Source of the DNA: Polyangiaceae bacterium
Lineage (GTDB): Bacteria > Myxococcota_A > Polyangia > Polyangiales > Polyangiaceae
Assembly: GCA_044222475.1 (NCBI GenBank)
Contig: JBGANF010000128.1
Location: 1-22,503 of the forward strand
Direction of reading: 5' to 3'
DNA length: 22,503 nucleotides
Below are positions 1-8,838 of this stretch, one piece after another (position 1 is the stretch's first letter; every line of letters starts with the position of its first letter). A program made the translations under genes and the position numbers. The notes below the pieces were generated by a model. That model had not been told where the DNA came from. It did not search any database and was given only the letters and a program-made list of their open reading frames with translations.

Positions 1-667
1 CGGTCTGGATGCACTTGAGGTAGAGCTGCGCCTCCGCGTCCTCGCGCGCGCCGTAGTGGACGTCGTTCGTGGCGACGAGCGGGAGCTCGAGCTCCTTGGC
101 CAGGCGCACGAGGATCTCGTTCACGACCGGCTGCTCGACCAGCCCGTGATCTTGGAGCTCGACGAACAGGTTTCCGCGACCGAACACGTCGCGCAGCTCG
201 GCGAGCTTCTTCCGGCCGGCGTCCTCCCCTTGCTCGAGGATGCTCTGGGCGAGCACGCCGCCCAGGCACCCCGTCGTCGCGACGAGCCCCTTCGCGCGCT
301 CCGCGACCTTGGCGAGCGACACGCACGGCATCCCCATGGGGCCGGTCGGATCGGGGCGGATCTGCCCCTCGGTCACGAGCGCGATCAGGTTCTTGTAGCC
401 CTCGAGCGAGCTCGCCAGGAGCGGGAGGTGGCGCGACCGTCCGCTCTCGGCGATCTCGAGCTCGCACCCGAGGATGGCTTGGACCCCCGCCTCCTTCGCG
501 GCCTTGTAGAAGGAGATGGCCCCGAACATGTTTCCATGGTCGGTCATCGCGACCGCCTTCATGCCGGCCTTGCCGACCCGCTTGACGAGGTCCTTCACCT
601 TCACCGCCCCATCCAGCATCGAGTACTGGGTGTGGACGTGGAGGTGGACGAACTCGGGGGCGCTCAT
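1..667 (-). CDS. dnaE: DNA polymerase III alpha subunit, N-terminal PHP domain (runs off the left edge)
   Basis: Not in the ORF track. Manual translation from ATG at 667 gives MSAPEFVHLHVHTQYSMLDGAVKVKDLV...AVAMTDHGNMFGAISFYKAAKEAGVQAILGCE...GYKNL...FVELQDHG...VATNDVHY, the classic DnaE PHP motifs. The frame is open to the window edge. Confidence 0.96.
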   Translation of the reverse strand, partial: MSAPEFVHLHVHTQYSMLDGAVKVKDLVKRVGKAGMKAVAMTDHGNMFGAISFYKAAKEAGVQAILGCELEIAESGRSRHLPLLASSLEGYKNLIALVTEGQIRPDPTGPMGMPCVSLAKVAERAKGLVATTGCLGGVLAQSILEQGEDAGRKKLAELRDVFGRGNLFVELQDHGLVEQPVVNEILVRLAKELELPLVATNDVHYGAREDAEAQLYLKCIQT

Positions 668-751
668 GCCTGGCCGTGAAAAGGCCATGTTTGGGCCCGC
701 GGGTCAACGGCCGCCGGTGTCGATCGGTGGGCCGGCGGTGGCCCCTTTTGC

Positions 752-780
752 TTGCGCAGGAAGTGCGCCGCCCGTAAGGT
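752..780 (+). promoter_or_regulatory. Candidate sigma70-type promoter for the 836 lipoprotein gene
   Basis: TTGCGC-17 nt-TAAGGT in the divergent dnaE/lipoprotein spacer. A strong RBS (GAGGAGG) lies at 822-828, 7 nt before ATG 836. Confidence 0.3.
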
Positions 781-835
781 ACACTTCGCAATTGTACGGC
801 GTACGTGAGTCGCGTCGCCTCGAGGAGGACATCAG

Positions 836-1996
836 ATGAAGCTTTGGAAAGTTGGGTCCGTCGGCATGTTCGCGATGGCCCTTGGATTCTCCGTCTATCA
901 GGCAGGCTGCAGCTCGGATCCGCCGGTCACCGGCCCGACCCCCGGCCAGCCCCCGGGCAAGCCGAGCGGACCGGCGACGACCGACACGTCGACCAAGACG
1001 TTCGCCATCAGCAAGCTCTACCTCGGTGAGGCCTCGCGCACGGGCGCGGCGAGCGACACCGCGTGGAAGAACTTCGGCTACAACCTCGACGGCAAGACCA
1101 CCGCCGGCACCTCGACCGACGTGTGCACGCGCGCCAAGGGCGCCCCCTCGAGCAACCAGGCCGACGGCACCGGCGGCATCGACAACTCGTTCGGCGCGGT
1201 CATCATGCCGCTCATCAAGAGCGCGGCGAGCCTCACCGAGCCGTCGAAGACCATCACCGACACGATCCAGAAGGGCTCCTTCACGATCCAGGTCACCATC
1301 AAGGGCCTGAGCGACGACGCGAAGCAGACCGCGACCGGCCTCAAGGGCGACCTGTTCGCCTCGGGCGCCTACCAGGGCGACTCGCCGACCGCAGTTCCGT
1401 TCCCCGGCTTCGGCGCGGGCGCCGCGAACATCGACTGGCCGGTTCGCGCCGAGCTCCTCAACGATGGCAACACCATCGCGTCGGGCTCGAAGGTGAACTT
1501 CCAGGACGCGTACGTGGTCAACGGCACGTTCGTGAACGGCAGCGGCGGCGCGACCATCACGCTCAGCCTCGCGTTCCAGGGCGTCGCTCTCGACCTCTCG
1601 CTCAAGAAGGCGATCATGACCTTCGATCACACGGCCCCCGGCGCGATGACGAACGGCACCCTCGCCGGCATCATCGACACCGAGGAGCTGATCACCGGCC
1701 TCAAGAAGGTCGCCGGGCGCATCTCGACGACCCTCTGCGGCAGCCAGTTCGACGGCATCGCCCAGCAGATTCGTCAGGCCTCGGACATCATGAGCGACGG
1801 CACCAACGCCGCCGGCAAGGACTGCAACGGCATCTCGATCGGCCTCGGCTTCGACGGCGAGCTCGTCAAGAACCCGACCAAGGTCGCCAAGGACACCGGC
1901 ACCACCCCGCCGGACCCGTGCACCAACCCGCCGGACGGCGGGACGGACAGCGGCCCCAAGGACAGCGGCTCGACGGACTCGGGCGGCGGCGGCTGA
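836..1996 (+). CDS. Myxobacterial-type secreted lipoprotein of unknown function (386 aa)
   Basis: Signal peptide with lipobox QAGC, Pro/Gly/Thr linker, a GYNLDG...C...DG..GIDNSFG motif, four further Cys and a low-complexity DGG/DSG tail. It has a strong RBS, very biased codon usage and its own terminator. Confidence 0.88.
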   Translation: MKLWKVGSVGMFAMALGFSVYQAGCSSDPPVTGPTPGQPPGKPSGPATTDTSTKTFAISKLYLGEASRTGAASDTAWKNFGYNLDGKTTAGTSTDVCTRAKGAPSSNQADGTGGIDNSFGAVIMPLIKSAASLTEPSKTITDTIQKGSFTIQVTIKGLSDDAKQTATGLKGDLFASGAYQGDSPTAVPFPGFGAGAANIDWPVRAELLNDGNTIASGSKVNFQDAYVVNGTFVNGSGGATITLSLAFQGVALDLSLKKAIMTFDHTAPGAMTNGTLAGIIDTEELITGLKKVAGRISTTLCGSQFDGIAQQIRQASDIMSDGTNAAGKDCNGISIGLGFDGELVKNPTKVAKDTGTTPPDPCTNPPDGGTDSGPKDSGSTDSGGGG

Positions 1997-2022
1997 TTCC
2001 AGCACCGCTCACGTAGCACCCT

Positions 2023-2059
2023 CGAAGGCCCGGGCGGCGACGCTCGGGCCTTCGTGTTT
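2023..2059 (+). terminator. Rho-independent terminator
   Basis: 14-bp stem CGAAGGCCCGGGCG / CGCTCGGGCCTTCG (one G-U pair) with a GCGA tetraloop, followed by TGTTT. It starts 26 nt after the stop at 1996. Confidence 0.8.
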
Positions 2060-2079
2060 CCGAGGTACGATGGTCGTCG

Positions 2080-3765
2080 ATGTCCGCGTACCGGAGCGCA
2101 GAGTCTCGGCGTCGCTTCGGTGTGCCTTCTGGGCCGTACACCGGCGGGCCCCACACCGTCGACCTGGAGCGCTTGCCCGCCGACGTGCAGGCCGAGCTGG
2201 CAGCGCGGCTCCGCGACGCGAGGCCCATCCTCGCGAAGCGACGCACCGAACCGGTGGTGACGATCGCCACGGTTCTCATCGGCCTCGCCGCGGTCACCGC
2301 CGTGGTCTGGTGTGGCTTCGGTGACGTCTACGCGAACCCTCAACAGGACCTGCCGTGGGCGCTGCTCTACGCTGCGATCGGAGCCGCCATCGGCGCCACC
2401 GCTGCGCCGGAGGTGCGGCGGCCTCGGTGGCCCGAAGGCAGGTTCCTCTTTCCGCTCGACCTCGTCGAGATCGACGGAACGCGCATGCGGGTCGTTCCCT
2501 TCGGTGACACGCGTCTCATCGACATCGACGAGGAGCGGCGGCGGCTCACCCTCCACTACGAGACCCGCGCGCCGGAGGTCGTCACCGGAACCCGAGCTGC
2601 CAAGGCGAGCCTTCTGAGCGACCTGCTCGGCGCGCAACACTCCCTCGAGGAAGCCACGCTCCACGGCGCCTCGCCGGACGACGTCCTCGCCAGCCTCCGC
2701 TCGCGCTTCGCGTGGGAGGACATCGCTCCGCGGGCGCCTGCGCCTTCGGGGACGGCGAAGCGCGTCGTGTCCACGCTCCTCGGGGCGCTCCTCGCTCTGG
2801 CCGGGTGGGAAGCCCGCGGTTCGATGCACGACGACGCCGCGTTCGCGCACGCCCGCCGCATCGACACCGCTGCCGCGTACGACAGCTACCTCTCGTTCGG
2901 CTCGCGTCACGCGCGGGAGGTCCGAGAGGACCATCGACCTCGCGTCGACTACGTCGTCGTCCAGAACGACATCGTCCTTCTCGATCGGTTCCTCCGCGAG
3001 CATGCGACGGCGCATGTGTCCATCTACGGGTCGGGGCGCCGGCAACTCCACGTGTTGTGCTCGTCCTACGCGCTGGACCCCTCGGCCGACTCGCGGTGCG
3101 ACCGCCGCGCAAACCCGCCCGACGTGACCCCGTGCACGCGGCCGGAGGAGACCATCTGCGCGCCCGAGCTGGTCATCGCGGAGGTGGACCGCGCGTTCGC
3201 TGGACGCGACGACGCTGCGTTCGAGCGCATCGCTCTGCGCGAGATGGATCCGGACGTCGCGAAGGCCGCCCACGACGAGATGAATCAGCAGATCAAGCTC
3301 GTGCAGAGCGACATCGCGACGTGCGGGCAATGGCCCCTCGAGACCGCGCTCCAAGCGCTCCTGGATCTCGCGACGAAGCGCCACGCGCCGGCGAAGGTCG
3401 CGCTCGTCGTCGAGGGTACCCTCCCGGCCCTCCCCGACCTCTATGGGATCATGCTCGACTTCCTGCCGCGCCCCGCCGTCACGCTCACCGTCGAGAGCGA
3501 CGCCGAAGCGGACGCGCACTGGTATTTCCGCCGCGACGACGACGAGAGTTACCTCTTCCGCTCCGTCGGAGTCGGAGGGAGCGGCGCCGTCAACCTCACC
3601 GACATCCCCAGGCTCGGACCCGAGCCCAGGCGCTTCGACCAGGAGCGCGACTTCCTCGCGCCGCTCGGGATGCGCCCCGTGCGCAACGCACGGTGCAGGT
3701 GGCCGCGCGGTGCGGCGGGGTGGACGTACGGGTTCAGTCCAGGGCGGCCGACGAGGCGCTTCTAG
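2080..3765 (+). CDS. Hypothetical membrane protein (561 aa; about 3 TM segments and a Cys-rich C-terminal soluble domain)
   Basis: Hydrophobic segments VVTIATVLIGLAAVTAVVWCGF, LPWALLYAAIGAAIGA and VVSTLLGALLALAGW. It fills the gap between the terminator and the convergent GMC stop, and has protein-like composition unlike the overlapping Arg-rich frames. Confidence 0.75.
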   Translation: MSAYRSAESRRRFGVPSGPYTGGPHTVDLERLPADVQAELAARLRDARPILAKRRTEPVVTIATVLIGLAAVTAVVWCGFGDVYANPQQDLPWALLYAAIGAAIGATAAPEVRRPRWPEGRFLFPLDLVEIDGTRMRVVPFGDTRLIDIDEERRRLTLHYETRAPEVVTGTRAAKASLLSDLLGAQHSLEEATLHGASPDDVLASLRSRFAWEDIAPRAPAPSGTAKRVVSTLLGALLALAGWEARGSMHDDAAFAHARRIDTAAAYDSYLSFGSRHAREVREDHRPRVDYVVVQNDIVLLDRFLREHATAHVSIYGSGRRQLHVLCSSYALDPSADSRCDRRANPPDVTPCTRPEETICAPELVIAEVDRAFAGRDDAAFERIALREMDPDVAKAAHDEMNQQIKLVQSDIATCGQWPLETALQALLDLATKRHAPAKVALVVEGTLPALPDLYGIMLDFLPRPAVTLTVESDAEADAHWYFRRDDDESYLFRSVGVGGSGAVNLTDIPRLGPEPRRFDQERDFLAPLGMRPVRNARCRWPRGAAGWTYGFSPGRPTRRF

Positions 3766-3767
3766 GC

Positions 3768-5291
3768 TTAACGGCGCGCCGCCGCGACCACGTTCGGAGC
3801 GACGTGGAGCGCGAACGCGTAGATGCTGATCTGCGGCGGACCGCCGAGGCTCGTCGGAAACAGCGACCCATCGGCGACGAAGAGGCTCTTCACGAAATGG
3901 TGCTCGCCCGACGACGAGACGACGGCGGTCTTCGGGTCGTCGCCCATGCGCATCGTCCCCATCGGGTGCACCGCGGTGATCGGCACCCCGTGCGGGCGCA
4001 CGAAGCTCGTGTCGAGCGCGTCGAGCTCGGCGCTGGTCTTCACCTTGACCGGCGGGATCGCCGGGATCGTCACCTCGGTCGCACCAGCGGCGAGCAGCAG
4101 CCGCGCGCACGCGACGAGGCCCTTGGCGAGCTGCTTCCGATCGGCGGCGGTCATCTCGTAGGTGAGCTTCGCGCGTCCGTCGGCGTCGACGGTGACGCGA
4201 CCCTCGGTCTCGTCGTGCACCATCGCGGTGAGGACCGAGAGCTTTCCGTAGTTTCGCATCGCCGTCATGTGGGCCGCACCGAAGCCGGGCAGCGTCGACG
4301 CCGTGCCGATCGGGTGGGCGAACGCGGGGACGATCCACACGCGCGAGTCGCTCCCCTCCTCGAACGAGAGGTGCTCGGTGCACTCGTACGACTGCGGGAT
4401 GCCGTAGTGCGAGCTCATCGGTCGGTCGAAGAGGCCCGCGGCGACCGCTCCGGGGTGGATTCGCAGCTTCTTCCCGATCTGCGCGTGCGGATCGGGCAGA
4501 CCGCTCTTCAGCGCAAGCGCCGCCGAGCCGACCGCGCTCGCCGCGAGGACGACGACCTTCGCGCGAACGCGGATCCACGCGAGCGGCTCGCCATCGGCGC
4601 TGCGCGCCACGCCGACGACGCCGGTCGCGCGACCAGCCGCGTGGGTGATCCGAACCGCCTCGACGTCGGAGTACACGGTGGCGCCAGCGGCCAACGCCGC
4701 GGGCACGAGCACCTTCAGCGCGTTCTGCTTCGCGTCGTACGCGCACCCGAGCTCGCAGAAGCCGCTCATCTGGCAGCCGACGCGGTTGTGCTTGAGCGGC
4801 GCGCCCTTCCACCCGAGCGCCTTCGCCCCGAGGCGCAGCACCTCGTTGTTGGCGTTGCGCATCGGCGCCGGGATCTCGGTGACGGAGAGGTCCTTCTCGA
4901 CCTGCTCGAAGGCCGCGCGCATCTGGACCGGACCCGCGCCGGTGACCGCGTAGCGATCGCGCCAGAGCTCCAGGATCGCATCCGGAGTTCGCTTGCAGAG
5001 GTTGGTGTTGTGAACCGTGCTCCCCCCGACGCCGCGACCTTGGAGGACGCGAATCGCGAGATCTGCGGTCGTGCGACCGCCCCCGTCTTGAAACAACAGC
5101 GGGAGCATCTCGTCTTCGCGCTGGTTGAAGTCCGCCGAGGTGTGATGGCCGCCCTCTTCGAGCGCCACCACGCGGAGGCCCGCGCGCGCGAGCTCACGGA
5201 GGACCATCGCGCCGCCGGCGCCGGTGCCGACGACGACGGCGTCGACGTCCAGCGCGACGTCGGCGCCGAGCTCTCGCCCTCGGACGATCAT
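3768..5291 (-). CDS. GMC-family FAD oxidoreductase, catalytic subunit (507 aa)
   Basis: True start is MIVRG at 5291 (ATGA overlap with the upstream gene). It has the FAD fingerprint VVVGTGAGG...LEEG, GRGVGGSTVHN, a CxxxxxCxxxC motif, and C-terminal VHPMGT and ADGSLFPTS. Confidence 0.92.
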   Translation of the reverse strand: MIVRGRELGADVALDVDAVVVGTGAGGAMVLRELARAGLRVVALEEGGHHTSADFNQREDEMLPLLFQDGGGRTTADLAIRVLQGRGVGGSTVHNTNLCKRTPDAILELWRDRYAVTGAGPVQMRAAFEQVEKDLSVTEIPAPMRNANNEVLRLGAKALGWKGAPLKHNRVGCQMSGFCELGCAYDAKQNALKVLVPAALAAGATVYSDVEAVRITHAAGRATGVVGVARSADGEPLAWIRVRAKVVVLAASAVGSAALALKSGLPDPHAQIGKKLRIHPGAVAAGLFDRPMSSHYGIPQSYECTEHLSFEEGSDSRVWIVPAFAHPIGTASTLPGFGAAHMTAMRNYGKLSVLTAMVHDETEGRVTVDADGRAKLTYEMTAADRKQLAKGLVACARLLLAAGATEVTIPAIPPVKVKTSAELDALDTSFVRPHGVPITAVHPMGTMRMGDDPKTAVVSSSGEHHFVKSLFVADGSLFPTSLGGPPQISIYAFALHVAPNVVAAARR

Positions 5292-5827
5292 CCCGTCCAC
5301 CCTCCGGCGGGTCGACCGACGAAGGGCCCCTCGTAGCCGAGCACCTTCCAGGTGCGCGGGTCGCGGTAGTACCCCATGAAGAGCAGCGACTTCACCCCGG
5401 CGAACGCGCCGCGCAGCAGGTCCTGATCGCTCGCCTCCATCTTCGAGAGCACCTCGTCTTGTTCGGCGGCGGACAGCTTCGTGAAGCGTGACGTCTTCTT
5501 CGAGAGCACCGGGAGGACGTGCTCGACGACGCCGAAAAGGCGCAGCAGGTCGCGCCGCAGCGCGCTCGGCATCGAGGCGACGTAGCGATCGACGAAGCCA
5601 GCGACGTCCACGTCGTCGGCCGAGGGCACCGATCCATCGTCGCGATCGGTCGCGCACACGCGGCGCGCGAGGCACTGGACGACCGCGAACTGCCACGGCG
5701 CGAGGGAGGCCAGCTCGCGGTCGGGCACCTCGTAGCCCCGCGTGCGCACGACGCCGGCCACGCCGCCGGCTACGAGCAGCGCGCCCGAGACCGCGAGGAA
5801 GACCTGCCTCCGTCCGAGCTTCGCCAT
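5288..5827 (-). CDS. Gluconate 2-dehydrogenase subunit 3-like Tat-signal small subunit
   Basis: Twin-arginine signal GRRQVFL plus a hydrophobic stretch, and family-like segments PSADDVDVAGFVDRY, RFTKLSAAEQDEVL and MGYYRDPRTWKVLGYEGP. It is coupled to the GMC gene. Start 5827 is preferred; 5839 is the alternative. Confidence 0.85.
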   Translation of the reverse strand: MAKLGRRQVFLAVSGALLVAGGVAGVVRTRGYEVPDRELASLAPWQFAVVQCLARRVCATDRDDGSVPSADDVDVAGFVDRYVASMPSALRRDLLRLFGVVEHVLPVLSKKTSRFTKLSAAEQDEVLSKMEASDQDLLRGAFAGVKSLLFMGYYRDPRTWKVLGYEGPFVGRPAGGWTG

Positions 5828-5898
5828 CGCGCTGACCATAGCGCGAAATCCGCGGAAATCGCTTGCCCTCGCACTGGGCAGCGCCCGATCCTCGCGCG

Positions 5899-6522
5899 AT
5901 GCACGTGTTCGGGCTCACCGGAGGGATCGCGAGCGGAAAATCGACCGTGAGCGCCCGGTTTCGCGCCCGCGGCCTGCCGGTCATCGACGCCGACGCGGTC
6001 GCTCGTGAGGTCGTCGCCAAAGGCAGCGACGGCCTCGCCGAGGTGGTCGCGGCGTTCGGCGCGCGCGTCCTCGCGGACGACGGAGCGCTTGACCGCAAGG
6101 CGCTGGCGAGCGTCGTCTTCGCCGACGAGGCGCTGCGCAAGAAGCTCAACGGAATTCTGCACCCGCGCATCGCGCGCGCGAGCGCGGCGAAGATCGCCGA
6201 GCTCGCCACCAGCGGGCACGCGGTCGCCGTCTACGACGCCGCGCTCCTCGTCGAGAACGGCCTCGCGGACGCGTTCCGTCCGCTGGTCGTCGTCTCGTCT
6301 CCCGATTCGTTGCAGGTGAGCCGCATCGTCGCGCGCGACGGATCGACCGAGGCCGAGGCGTGGGCCCGCGTCCGCGCGCAAGACCCCCTCGCGAACAAGG
6401 TCGCCCTCGCCGACTTCGTGATCGACAACTCGGGCTCTCTCGCCGACCTCGAGCGCGAGGCCGATCGCGTCCTCGACGCGGTCACCGATCGGCTCGGCGT
6501 GCCGCGCCTCGCCCCATGCTAG
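5899..6522 (+). CDS. coaE: Dephospho-CoA kinase
   Basis: MHVFGLTGGIASGKSTV P-loop, IDADAVAREVV, LDRKALASVVF, ILHPRI and ADFVIDNSGS. Confidence 0.96.
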   Translation: MHVFGLTGGIASGKSTVSARFRARGLPVIDADAVAREVVAKGSDGLAEVVAAFGARVLADDGALDRKALASVVFADEALRKKLNGILHPRIARASAAKIAELATSGHAVAVYDAALLVENGLADAFRPLVVVSSPDSLQVSRIVARDGSTEAEAWARVRAQDPLANKVALADFVIDNSGSLADLEREADRVLDAVTDRLGVPRLAPC

Positions 6523-6541
6523 GCTCGAAGCCGGGATCGAC

Positions 6542-7999
<1,458 letters not shown>

Positions 8000-8015
8000 G
8001 GACGCTCGGAGGAGA

Positions 8016-8124
8016 GAACCGCCAGGGGAGAAAGGGGCGCCAGGGTCGCCAAGTGAAGAGAGTTGGGTCTCCGGTGCCAAGCCCACTTCACTGACCCTGG
8101 CGATCCTGGCGATCGTGGCGGTTC
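8016..8124. repeat. Imperfect ~109-bp palindrome with 9-nt periodic arms (REP/MITE-like)
   Basis: Left arm is GAAC-CGCCAGGGG-AGAAAGGGG-CGCCAGGGTC-GCCA-AGTGAAG. The reverse complement of the right arm is GAAC-CGCCACGAT-CGCCAGGAT-CGCCAGGGTC-AGTGAAG. It lies between convergent stop codons. Confidence 0.7.
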
Positions 8125-8145
8125 CATCTCTTCGGGAGTGAAGCG

Positions 8146-8838
8146 CTAGTTGGTGCTGAACTCCGCGATCCCCGCGACGCGAACCTTCTTCGCCTCGCTG
8201 TCGCGGCGGAGCATCAACAGCAGCACGTCGCCGATGAGCTTGTCTCCGTTAGGGCCGAGCGGCGCGACCAGGGGCACTCGCACGAACAGGTCGCCGTCGC
8301 GCATCTCGTTGGGGCGCGGCGGGTCGCTGTTCTTCGTGAGGTCCGACCAATCGAAGCGCTCGATCTTGTCGAGCTGCGCGATCTCGAGCCCTCGGTAGCG
8401 CTTGAGGGACATCGGATTCCCTGGGCCGCTGCGCGCTCCTTGTTGAAAGCGGGTCGCGTAGTCGTTGCGGACGTTGCCCGGTCGCGTCGTCACGCCGGGA
8501 ACCGGCGGCGCGATCGAGACCACGTCCGGGGTGAAGAGCTCGAAGAGGAGCTCGGTGCTCTCCTCCTCGAGGGCACGGACGTACGCCTTCACGATGGTGG
8601 CGATCTGCTCGTCCGAGATCGGCGGGCGGAGCGACACCACCGACGAGGTCGCGCTCCCGTGATCTTCGCCGCGGGGGAGAACCGGCGGCGGCTCCACCAG
8701 CACGCCGTCGGGCTGACGGGGCGTGGTCGGGACGCTCAGCGCGGTCTCGAAGCGTCCGCCACCGCAGGCCACGCCCACGACACCGAGCGCGGCCAGCGCG
8801 GCGAGCGAGCTACAGCGGAGCGACCTTGGGATCCACAT
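8146..8838 (-). CDS. Putative lipoprotein with NTF2/SnoaL-like domain (230 aa)
   Basis: Start MWIPRS at 8838 overlaps the upstream gene by 29 nt. Lipobox GVAC follows a hydrophobic stretch. IATIVKAYVRALEEESTELLFELFTPDV resembles the opening helices of the NTF2-like fold. Confidence 0.72.
   Translation of the reverse strand: MWIPRSLRCSSLAALAALGVVGVACGGGRFETALSVPTTPRQPDGVLVEPPPVLPRGEDHGSATSSVVSLRPPISDEQIATIVKAYVRALEEESTELLFELFTPDVVSIAPPVPGVTTRPGNVRNDYATRFQQGARSGPGNPMSLKRYRGLEIAQLDKIERFDWSDLTKNSDPPRPNEMRDGDLFVRVPLVAPLGPNGDKLIGDVLLLMLRRDSEAKKVRVAGIAEFSTN

Noticed and set aside
56..679. 207-aa plus-strand ORF
   Set aside because: It is the antisense shadow of dnaE, which has unmistakable motifs on the minus strand.
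739..755. Possible sigma54 promoter TGGCCCCTTTTGCTTGC
   Set aside because: GG-to-GC spacing is 8 or 12 nt, not the required 10.
1933..1993. GACAGCGGC/GACGGCGG short repeats
   Set aside because: They encode the DGG/DSG low-complexity lipoprotein tail and are not a DNA repeat array or CRISPR.
704..2005. 433-aa minus-strand ORF and other frames over the 836 lipoprotein
   Set aside because: These are antisense or off-frame shadows typical of high-GC codon bias, with no recognisable motifs.
1774..5336. Very long ORFs 1774-4812 (-) and 2712-5336 (+)
   Set aside because: They are Arg/Gly/Ala-rich, span several real genes in shadow frames and show no domain signal. Stop codons are rare at this GC content.
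5292..6209. N-terminal 300-aa extension of the 813-aa GMC ORF, suggesting a fusion
   Set aside because: It overlaps the small-subunit gene and antisense coaE. The FAD motif and ATGA coupling fix the start at 5291.
8016..8124. Palindrome as a CRISPR remnant or tRNA
   Set aside because: There is no repeat-spacer alternation, no cas gene and no cloverleaf or T-loop consensus.
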